The translations under genes were made by a program, and so were the position numbers. This document shows positions 13,565-24,063 of a stretch of DNA of 64,000 bases, piece by piece. Source of the stretch: Neophaeotheca triangularis (Eukaryota); contig BAAIJX010000006.1 of assembly GCA_054600435.1 (NCBI GenBank), positions 558,001 through 622,000 on the forward strand, given 5' to 3'. The notes beneath the pieces are model-generated. The model was not told the origin of the DNA. It saw only the letters and a list, made by a program, of their open reading frames with translations, and made no database searches. How positions within the stretch are numbered: position 1 is the stretch's first letter; each line of letters starts with the position of its first letter.

Positions 13565-14018
13565 GGTTATTGAGGCGGCGGGGTTTCTCTTCAAGTAGGA
13601 TATGAGTATCCAGCTGACGGTTGATGCCTCGGCGTGTTATCTACACACAGGGCAAGACCATGGAAAGCGTATCGAAATCACCAGGTCACAGACGATACCG
13701 CAATACTTTCTAATTAAAAAACGTAGCTTGCTTCCTCGATCCCCTGTCGTCCATCATCTTCACGCGGTGCCCAGGCCCCCAGGCTCGCTGCAGCATATCT
13801 GCAACTACCCAACACCAAGCCTTGGCCGGGTCCTCTTGGAGTCACAACTTCACACGGTTTGCAGCGACACGATACAATACAATACAACAATGACACGACT
13901 GCTATACGAGTCTCGTGATGATTTTTATTCGCCATATCATGACTTGTGCTTATTAGTCCACCCGGTCGCTCCAAAGCTGAGACGTTCTCTCTGAAGCTGC
14001 GCGGTGCCGTGCCACACT

Positions 14019-15522
14019 ATGGACGCCACCTCAGCTCCAAGACAAGACGGACACAGCACTCTTAGCACTCTTCCACGATTCACCTACGGCCGAACAGACG
14101 ACTACTTCCATCCGCGGCCGGATCAAGGCAACACGCCCCAGCGCTGGCTGTCCAAAACCCGCCGCTTCGTCGTCTCCCAACCGCACTTCAGCCTTGCGGC
14201 TCTGAGCATACCACTATGCGCGCTCGCCCTGACAGCGCCCGCGACCGACTGGCCCCCGTTGGCAACTTTTGCCCTCTCGTTGATCTCCATGCTCGTCTTG
14301 GCCGTCAACTTGAGGTATTTGGCCGCCGTGCTCTCGGCGAGTGTGCCCCAGCTGGCGGCTTCGATTTTCAATCTCACCACTGGGGCGGTAATTGAGCTTA
14401 TTGTACGGCTATCTACCCGGAACGGTAACTGGGTTGCGACTGGATTGCTGAACTCATGGTTCTTGTAGATTACCATTCAGGCTATTCGCAGTAACCAGAC
14501 GAATCTCGTCCAAGATTACATCGTCGGCAGCATTCTGAACACCATTCTCCTGGTCAGTTTACTACCACCACAGCACACCGAGGTTTGCATATCTGACACC
14601 TATCAAGACCCTCGGCCTCTGCTTCATAGTCGCCGGTCTCCGCGCGCCAGTGTCCCACTTCAACAAACGCGACGCAAGCACCATCTCCGGCATGCTCATG
14701 GTCGCCGTAGCTTCGCTGGTAATCCCCAGCATGCTACTCCACCCGGACACGACAAAGCCAGGAAAGTCCGCGCAGAAATTCTCCCACGGCACCTCCATCA
14801 TCCTACTCTGTCTCTACTGCCTCTACGTCTGGTGGCGACTGCGCGTCCACCGCCGCGGCATCTTCGTCGACAGCGAGCAGCAGCCGCAAACAGAACCGGC
14901 CCACCCGCCCCCCGAAACGCCCGCCCTACCCCCCATCCCCAGCCTCCTCGCCAGCGCCCTCTTCCTCCTAGCCCTAACCCTCGCACTCCCCTGCAGCCAA
15001 GTCCTCCTCCACGCCGTCCCAGGAACATGCCAACACACAGGCCTCAACGAACCCTTCATCGGCCTCGTCGTGCTCCCCTTCATAGCCAGCTCCTCAGACT
15101 ACACAGTGCTGAACCTCAGCTACCGCGACCGCGTGGGCCCCGCGCTGGACATCATCATCGGCACCGCGATGCAAGTCGCTCTCTTTCTCACTCCGGCGTG
15201 CGCCCTGTTCGCTTGGGCGACCGGCAGGTGCTTCACGCTGGCTTTTGATCAGTTTGCGGCCATTGTCATGTTTGCGGGTGTTTGGGTTGTTAACACTCTG
15301 TTGGCGAACGGGAGGGCGAATTATCTCAAGGGGTCCATGTGTGTGGGCATGTGAGTGGCTTCTTTTTTTCTTTTCTTTTTCTTATTCTTATTCTGGAATT
15401 GGTGTGGTTGGCGGTTTTGCTGATTTGTGGATTACAGGTATTTGATCTTCTCGTTGGCGACGCTTTTTCTACAGCGCAAAACTGGTGGTGTTGGCGAACC
15501 TGCGCCGGAAGACGACAGTTGA
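14019..15522 (+). CDS. Divergent Ca2+/H+ antiporter (CAX/VCX1-like, CaCA superfamily), copy 1 (431 aa, 4 exons)
   Basis: Exons 14019-14402, 14469-14552, 14608-15350, 15438-15522. Colinear with Vcx1: NLTTGAVIELI, VQDYIVGSILNTILLTLGLCF, TGLNEPFIGLVVLPF, IGTAMQVALFLTP, GRANYLKGSMCVGMY. Many hydrophobic segments. Confidence 0.85.
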
Positions 15523-16252
15523 CTGGATTTATTGAAAAACGTCTTAAATCACATTTGAATCGTAGTCTTTATTCGAGCCTCCCCGATCCCTCTGTCAGCG
15601 CACAAAGCTTTGAGAGATAGAAGCGCGAGCATTGGGTGTTTGGAGATGCCCAAGGGGCTGAGTTCGGTAGGTGGTTTGGAAGACTGATTTACACGCTTGA
15701 TGCTGATGCTGATGTTGAGGTGGTTCTTCTCTTCGAGTCTTTAGTAGAATCCGAGTACGCAGATGGGCCAGGAAGGGCGGCGTGTCCTGCACGGAAGCGC
15801 TCTTCCTCGTCCGGGTATACGTTGCGTTCTCGCTTGCAAACCATTTTCTATCCGCGGAAGCGAAGAAATCGAAGGAGTCGAGGGTGTGTGTTGTCGACGA
15901 AGGCACCACACAAGCGACCTAAGACACTAGTCGCGTGCCCTTCCGTTAGTCTAAATGAAAGCCTTCGTGTTTCTCCAACACTCTGATACGACTGTCGCAC
16001 TATTTCTAAAGCTAGCACTGCGCCTCTCTGAGCTTCTCCAGTTCAAGCCCGTTCCATGTCGCCGGCGGTACCGGAACGATTGGCTGGTGCGCTGACTGCG
16101 GAGTGTGTCAGTGAGAGGCGCTTAGCGAATGCAGCAGCCGGCAGCAAAAACAGCAGACATCGCGAGCAAGTACGGCTCGGCCCCGTCGCTGCGCCGCTTC
16201 GTGGGCCTTGCGGATCTCCCACCCCCCCTCCCGGCCGCCATTTCCGCACGAC

Positions 16253-19181
16253 TCATAGCCACGTTACCCGTCGGGTCAGCCAGGTCCAAGGCGATGACTG
16301 AGCCGGCTGGTTCGCTATCATCAATTCAGTCAAGCGCACAGCTTCATCCCTGGCAAAAACCTCGTGGAAGACCTCCTCGGGAGATGCGAACTTGCCCACC
16401 CGGAACGAGTCTTGATACCTGACTGTCTCCAGGCTAATGGTGCCCACCAACGCTCTAGCCGTGGAAGAGACCCCGTGCCTGACCAGAACCTCGCTCACGG
16501 ACAAGTGCGCCTGCCGGAGCTGCTTGCTTCCTATCCCGTGTTTCCTTGTATGAAATAGAGAGGCGAGATAGAGCTCCCACGGGGTACGGTCTTCTTCGAC
16601 AAGAATCTTGGTATTTGGCGACGCCCCCGCGGCCAAAAGCGTTCGAACCATGCTGGCGCTGGGTTCAACATCTTCGAGTCTGATCTCTGGACGAAGCGCA
16701 TAATCCAGCAGAGGCCGACCTCTCTTATGGGGTACCGACTCCCCTCTCTGCAAAAGGCGTTTGGCAACGTAACGATCGACCTTGCTGACGATTGCGAAAG
16801 CCAAGAAGGTGTTTTCACCGAACTCGTCGCTGAAAGGGCGGAGTTGGTTTGTCCAATGAGGCTGGAGGTCTCGCGCACGTACCGAACTCTCCCGCATTGC
16901 GTTCATTCGGCAACACATGACCTTGTCAAGCTCATCCACCAGATCGTGACACCTGTCACAGGTTTCGTGGCGCGATTCAATGAGCCTCGCGCATCGCATG
17001 AAATTCATGACGTCTCCCGAAACCGTCGACATCACGTCACGACACTCGGGAAACGTCTTCTTCATGCTTAGCAATAGTCCGCAAGCAGTCGCGACAATGG
17101 GATCAAACTCGTCGCCTGCATCTCTGTCGAGAATTTCCGTCATCTCGTCACTTTGCAGGAAATCCAAGACCGATCGATGCAGAAACGCAACACGATAGTC
17201 TGAGCCATTGGTGTGGGGGATCTTTCTGACCTCCAGAAGATCCTTGCATCGGCCGTTCAGTTGCTTGCTTAGTGTGTTGGCTAGAATGTCATGCTCGCGA
17301 TTCGTCCTGTTTTCTATCCTCGCTTGGAGTGCTTTGTCGAACAGCTCCGCTTTGCCGAGGCCTCTCCTGCCGTCACCATCTCCTTGGTCGATGATGGTGA
17401 ACGCGGCCGGCGGGAGTGGAGGTTCAGAGCTGGCGCAGATCAAAAACACCTGCGCGGTTTGTCGGCGATAGAAAGCGTCAATACGCTGGAAAGTATCACG
17501 ATAGTAGTCATCCAAGCCCGGTGGAATGTCGCGAACGCGGCGTTGCAGGTCCGAGATATCATCATGATTCTCAAGCCCTCGCAGCAGCTCTTGGACGACC
17601 AGTGCGACCCACAAGAAAATACCCTCTGCTTTCTCCGTGATTTCTCCCACCAAACCCATCAATTCTGCCTGATCATAAACCTTGTTTGCGAACCGTACAT
17701 CACATACGATCTTTCCCAAGGCAAAGACCTCGATATCCGTCTTAGTGTAGTCCTGAACTTGTATATACCGCGATATGTTCACCGATCCACCGAGAGTCCG
17801 CTCGAAAGCATTCCAAGGTCGACTAGCGACGCACAGCTTGATGTCCCCGGACTTGCCTAATATGGCTTCCAGAACCTCCATGATATGGCTCTCGTGATCA
17901 TGACCGTCCGGTTTCCTGTATTCGTCCAAACCATCGATGAAGAAGCAGAATCTGACAGGGTTTCTGGATGACCTTAAATCCTTACCCTTTAGCTTTTCGA
18001 GAGCAGAGTATAGCCGGTGTTGGTTCCACTGTGGGAACAGGTGAGAATCCATGTCATCGTCATAGTCATTGTGGCATCCGGCGCCGGGATCAAGATCTTC
18101 GATGAGCCATGGACATCGGCGAAGGATGGCGAACATGAGTGATTGTAATAAGCCTTGCTGAGACTTTTGCATAGAAGTCCCAGCACCCCAAAAGTAATGG
18201 CTTGCTACGACCAAATCTACGCCCTCGCCCGCCCAGCGCCGCAGGAGTTCGATTGTCCTTGTGTGATTGCTGATGTACTTCATCAACGTTGATTTCCCTG
18301 AGCCGGGCTTGCCCGAGATCCAGAAAATGCCTTGGCCGCCCTTGAGCCAACGCGTATATTTCGTCTCCTGGCGTTGTTCCTGGCGACCATCGAAGATCCA
18401 CTGAAAGGTGTCTTCATGTGTCGGCCGAACCATCTCTCGGCGGGAGTCCATGCCGGGGTATTGCAGGCTTTGAAGGATCTGCTGCTGATGCGAGACCTTC
18501 TTCACCTCGTGCTGTAGAGCGGAAAGAGTATCGCGGAGTGCCTGGGCGCTCGAGAACTCAGACTGCAGCATTTGCACGTTCTTTAGACGGTCGGCAAGCT
18601 CGTCGAGCGTGGCGTTCAAATGCGTCTTCAGCTTTCGATCTTGCTCTGATATTGTGCGCAGGACCTGGAATATCTCAGATTGTTGGTCGCTGACAAGGTT
18701 AGAAGGTCTTCAGGTCTCCGAAAGTCTATAGTAGGGTTGCTTGCCTGATGAGGTATGAGACTCGAGTATTGAACTGCAGCTGGAGGCGCTCTAGGGCTTT
18801 TGCTTGCCCTTCGAGCTTACGCTTGTCTGCCGAAGCTCTCTTTGCGGCCTTGACACTTTTCCAAAACGTGCGAGGCCCTTGGAGATCTACCTCATCGAGC
18901 GTAGCGCGCACTTCAGCTGCCTTTTGCTTGCAAGAGGTCGCCAGTTCGTACAGCTCCTTCTCGTCATGGGACAACGTCCGGTGTATCGAGGCGAGAGCTA
19001 CTTTCGAGGCAGCCTGCTTCCCCAGATCGCTGAGCCTCGAGGCCATTGCTTCGAAGTCACCGGCATCTTCGACCACATCTTCTTGTGCTGTATATATCTT
19101 GTGAGCCTTGCTGAGGAGTCTCGCGCCGTGATCGATGAATTGAATGACAATAGCCGCAACCTCTAAGGCCTCGATCTCCAT
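16253..19181 (-). CDS. NACHT-domain STAND NTPase (fungal NLR-like) with N-terminal helical domain (957 aa, 2 exons)
   Basis: Exon 19181-18745, GC-AG intron 18744-18690, exon 18689-16253. Pre-NACHT HEDTFQWIF; Walker A FWISGKPGSGKSTLMK; Walker B FCFFIDGLDE; KLCVASRPW; KAEGIFLWVALV; FLHRSVLDFL. C-terminal degenerate ankyrin-like PLLDYAL...MVRTLLAAGASPN. Confidence 0.9.
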
Positions 19182-19627
19182 GCTCTTGTTTGGTAATGAT
19201 ATATCACTCTGTACACGATGCGTAGGTGTGCAGGCACGTTGAAGTGCGTATATAAGCTGAGTGCCCGGTAATACCTCACATCACCCCCGCCCTGCGGTGC
19301 TGCGTCTGTTCCGTTCACATCTCGCTAAGGTACATCCTTAGTACTAGAGGATGCAGGTGGCGCCAAGTTCCTATAGTAAAAGCAGCGCAGGCGGCTACAG
19401 CCGTATCTCAGCCTGATACAACATACTCAGGCCACTTAGGTTCCGTGAGAGGTATCTCGAGACCAATCAGTGCTTTCTGGATTTCCTAGATACTGCACCA
19501 GGAACAGTCTGATTTTCAATCCCAAGGTACACAGGCCACGGCTCGAAGGGATAGATTCACGACGTGTCGCGCGCGTGTCAGCTAAGGACCAAGGTATACG
19601 CTGCGCTGCACCTTGCCAAATCCTGTG

Positions 19628-21207
19628 ATGAACGCGACTCCTTCGTTGGAGACCAGGGAATGGGAGCAAGCACCATATGTACTGCCGCGATGGCTTCGGA
19701 GACTTTTGTATGGCGAACGTAACAGAGTTCCCCCGTGGATGGACGACAATCGGTCGCTGCGCTGGCTCTCGAAAAGCCTTCGCTTCCTGGTCTTCGGCTC
19801 GCGGTTCAGTTATTCGGCACTGAGTATGCTATTATGCGCGGCCACGCTATTAGCTCCAGCACTCAAAGGACCCCCAGCAGCGACCTTCTTTCTTAGTTTG
19901 GTCTCCATGTCGGTGTTGGCTGTCAATCTGAGATACTCTGCTGAGCATCTCTCAGCCAGTGCGCCTCACCTAGCGTCGGTTTGGAATCTTACGACAGGCG
20001 CTGTGATTGAGCTTACGGTATGATTCCATTTATTAGTATAACACAACGCGGGGATTCCAACGAGCCGAAAGGGTGCTAATAGTCATTGATTCATAGATTG
20101 CTATTGAGGGCATCAGGAACTGGGAGCTACGCCTCGTGCAGTTCTACGTAATCGGTAGCATTCTGAATACCATGCTTTTGGTTAGTAGTCACAACTTACA
20201 AGGCCACCCCATACCAAGTACCGGCCCAAGTGCTGGCTGGTTTTGAAAGTATGTGAATAGGTACTAACGACTTTTAGACAGTAGGGCTATGCTTTATCGT
20301 GGCGGGGGTCAGGAGAAATACCTCACGGTTCAACAAACGCGATGCCAGTACTACCTCCGGCACGCTCATGATCGCCGTCACTGCGTTAGTGATAGCGAGC
20401 GCACTACTGAGCGGCGTCCCAGCATATGAAATGGTGAACCTGCGATTTTCCCGTATCACCGCGGTCGTTTTAATAGCAATATATTTCCTGCATGTCTGGT
20501 GGAGACTGCGTGTCCAGCGGAGGAGAATTTTTGTGAACAATGCGCAGTGGCAATGGCAAGAGGAAGAGGCAAACGAAGACGAAGACGTAGAAGGTGGAGG
20601 AGTCAGCACAGCCACGGTATCTCCAATGCCGCCATACCAAGCAGCCGCCCTATACATTGTCGCCTTCGGTCTAGCAGTAGCGTGCAGCAGGCCCCTCTTG
20701 CAGGATTTTGCAACTACCCGCGAGCATCTCGGCTTGAGCAAAAACTTCGTAGGCCTTATAATTCTGCCTTTTATCGCAAGCTTATCCGACTATACCGTGC
20801 TCAGTCTCAGCTACCGCAATCGTGTCGGGAATGCCTTGGATGTTGCGCTAGGAACAGCGATGCAAGTCTCGCTCTTCTTGATCCCGTCGATTACCATCTA
20901 TTCCTGGATAACGGGCCGCCCCTTCACTCTCGCCTTCGATCTGCCCGCGACAGTATGTATGTTGATTAGTGTGGTGGTTGTCAACTGTCAGATCTTGGAC
21001 GGCAAAGCAAATTACCTGAAAGGCAGCATGTGCGTCGGAATGTAAGTGTACCTCCTAGCTGCCCGGACCCTCTTTTGAGATCGATGCGTTCCAAACGCCA
21101 CTGACACAACAGCGAGAGATAGGTACGCCATAGTCGTTTTAGCGGCCTACTTACTCCCGGATGACTTTGGTGGCTGGGACCCGCGCGCGAATCATCGCCC
21201 GACGTGA
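19628..21207 (+). CDS. Divergent Ca2+/H+ antiporter (CAX/VCX1-like), copy 2 (440 aa, 4 exons)
   Basis: Exons 19628-20017, 20097-20180, 20278-21041, 21123-21207. Same intron positions as copy 1 (exon 2 is 84 nt and exon 4 is 85 nt in both). Shared strings VLAVNLRY, NLTTGAVIEL, GSILNT, FNKRDAST, SDYTVL, GTAMQV, ANYLKGSMCVGMY. Confidence 0.85.
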
Positions 21208-21309
21208 GGGGTATCTATACGATTGTATCGACTCATGGTACAGAGCTCGTTAATCGGCACAATGTCCTGCGTCTTAGACGAACCTCTTGCAAGGATCTCC
21301 TCTAATAAC

Positions 21310-23408
21310 TCATCCTTCGAAGACGCCATGGTTGAGTTCAACACCCATGCTGTCATAAACGTTAGCGGACCGCATCTCCATCATCGCTGCGCAGGATTGA
21401 CAACTTACCTCTCCGCCATCTTCCGCATATGCTCCTCGATGTCATCATCCATGCCCTTACCCAGACCAAATACCTGCTTCAACTTACTCCACCAAAACAC
21501 GAAATCCGTCCCAAGCAGCACACCCCTGAATAGCAAATGCTTCCCATACTCCTTCCACCTCTGGCCCAGACTCAAATCCCTGCCCTCGGCAAGCGCTCTA
21601 CTAGCCCAGAACCCAGTAATCTTCACTCTGTTAACCGGGCTACCCAGGAACTGATTGTTCCCCTGAACAATCCGCAAATTCCGACCGATGAAGATTAGCT
21701 CTTGCGGGAAGAGCTCTTGGTTTCCGAGAATCTCTTTGACGCCCTTGCGCATCTTCTGCTGCATCTCGAACTGCCTTTGCTTCTGCTCCTTCTTGGACAT
21801 TGATCGGATCTCCGCCAAAGTCTTGCCATCGCCGCCTTCGTACGGGCGCATCAATGTGGCGGAAGCGAAAATGTCAGGTGCCGTGATACCCCATTCGCTA
21901 GCGACTTGGTTGATGGTCGCGTTGTCAAAGGTCATCAAGCTGCGCCAGAAAAGCGCGTATTGCCTCCGGAACTTTTCGGACATGCTGATGTAGAGGCCGT
22001 GGTCGATAAGGACGAGCTCCGGCTTTCCGGAGGGCAGGCGGCGGACGAAGAGGTTGCCCGGGTGGGGGTCGCAGTGGACTAAACCCCATAGGAACATTTG
22101 CGCGGAGAAGAGGTCGACCATGGTTTGCATGACTGGACGCAAAGATAGTCCAAGTCCGCCCTTTTCATCGGCACCTCGCCAGGCGTTGCGAGTGGGTTTG
22201 AGCTTTTCGTTGTCGGGTTGGTTGTGGGGGACGGATTTGACGATAGAGGGAGGTGGAGGGTCAAGTTTGCTGCCACCAGAACCGGGTGAGCCTTTGCGCC
22301 ATCCTCCCTGCCAGGAGCCTGTGATGCCTTCCTTGTCCCAGAGACGGATGCCTTCTATCCATTCTGCTGTCATTACTCGCTTGCTACTCAGATCTTTGTA
22401 AGCTTGCGGGATGTAAACACGGCCTTTGAGTCTCGGCTCGTTCAAGACTAGATTCCGCATCTTCTCTGCATTGCGTGCTTCGTTCTCAAAGTCCGTCTCG
22501 AGCATCAGACGCTCGGAAATGTAAGGGACCAGGCTGTAGAGTGGAATGTCGAACCACCACGTGTAGATCTTAGTCACCACTTTGAAAGCCCAGAGATCCC
22601 AACCGACCTGTCTCGCAATCTCACGCTTCTGCACCTTGATCGCAACCTCTCTGCCATCCTGCAATCTCGCCCAATGTACTTGCGCTACGCTCGCACTAGC
22701 CCTTGCCGTCCGCTCCATGACACCCTTCCCTTCTTCACCGGAAAAGCTAACCCCAAAAACATCCTCCACAGTCCGCCCACCAAAATCTTCTCGAACAACC
22801 TTCTCCACCTCCGCCCAAGAATTCTGCGGCGCATCATCGAACATTTTCGCAAACATCTTCTGAAATTCCGGCGGCAAGACGGCGCTCTGCATAGCTATGG
22901 CTTGGCCAATCTTCAAATACAAGCCACCATTCATCTGCAGCAAGTTGAACACAAGCTGCGCACTACGAGCGTGCAGATCCGTCACCGTATCTCCCACCCA
23001 TGGCTCTGCGCGGAAGTTGATCTTGTAATCGAGAGCGACAAACAGACCGACTGCGAATGTACGGAACGAGCGCGTCAGACATGCGTCGTAGAAGTAATTG
23101 TCTATGCTGTAGACTACTGCGAGACCGAGGGTGGTGCGCATCAGGCGACGGAGCCATTTACGAGAACGATTGTACGTTTTGGCCGGAGCTGCACGTCCTA
23201 ATTCAGAGGGTGAGGGGGGTCGAAGGGGCTGGAACTGAGATTGTGCTCGTCGCAGGGTCTTGGGGAGGAGTGAGGCCGGCCGTTGGGTGATGGTTTTCTT
23301 TCCCAAGGCATTTACTTGGAGGGTGAAACGACGCAGGTTGTCGACTGGCCTTGTCTTGGGTATGCTGGTCAGACATCGCCGACATGGCGGCGAATGCAGA
23401 CGGAACAT
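21310..23408 (-). CDS. ABC1/UbiB/ADCK atypical kinase, mitochondrial Mcp2(Cqd2)-like (679 aa)
   Basis: Motifs NGGLYLKIGQ, ASASVAQVH, VAIKVQ, ETDFENEARN, VHCDPHPGN, LIDHG. Arg-rich presequence-like N-terminus. Intron 21408-21350 gives the C-terminus SMGVELNHGVFEG*. Confidence 0.9.
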
Positions 23409-24063
23409 GTCTTCGTGTACTTTGTCCTGTTAACGACTACCACGAAATGAGAGGACGAGGTACTAGTACCTCTTAGAGGTGAAGTGTAGAAGAAGAAGCA
23501 CGTGTAGCCGAATACCAAGCTCGTCCGAAAGCGGTAATGACGCGACCATGTCTCTTCTTGAGTCGCCCGCTCTAGTCCTCGGCGATGAGTACAAAAGTAC
23601 CTTACCCGGACCTCTCCCGTCTTCTTCTACCATGACATCTAACTAAACGTTAATGTCGGCGCATTCGCTCGCGTCTCCCCGAAAACGCGGAGAGATCTGC
23701 CGAGACGAGCATCAAAGCGTCTCTCGACTCCACCTCCTGCTCCTCTTCTCCTCTCCCGTCCCACAGGCTAAGGTAAGGAGGTATGTAATTAATCCCAAGA
23801 CAGGCATGATCATATCATTGATTGAGATTGATTGATTGATCGATTGATTGTTGTCGTCCCTGTCGTGAATGTGGAAAAGCGGACCTGAGATTCTCCGTTG
23901 GGTAATATTCCGGACGAGGCAGATCAATTATTAGTGCTTGATATGCCCAAGGTAGGCCCACAAGCTTCAAGGAATCAAGGATACTTCAAAAGTTGACCCT
24001 CTCTCCCTTTGTCCTTGTGTTTCCTAGACCATTTATTCTACTAAACCAATATTGTATCGCGAC

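Noticed and set aside
15595..16250. Small ORFs between CAX copy 1 and the NLR as a possible amyloid/effector partner
   Set aside because: No HET-s/PP/sigma-type N/G/Q-rich amyloid motif and no credible coding signal. The NLR N-terminus also lacks an amyloid motif.
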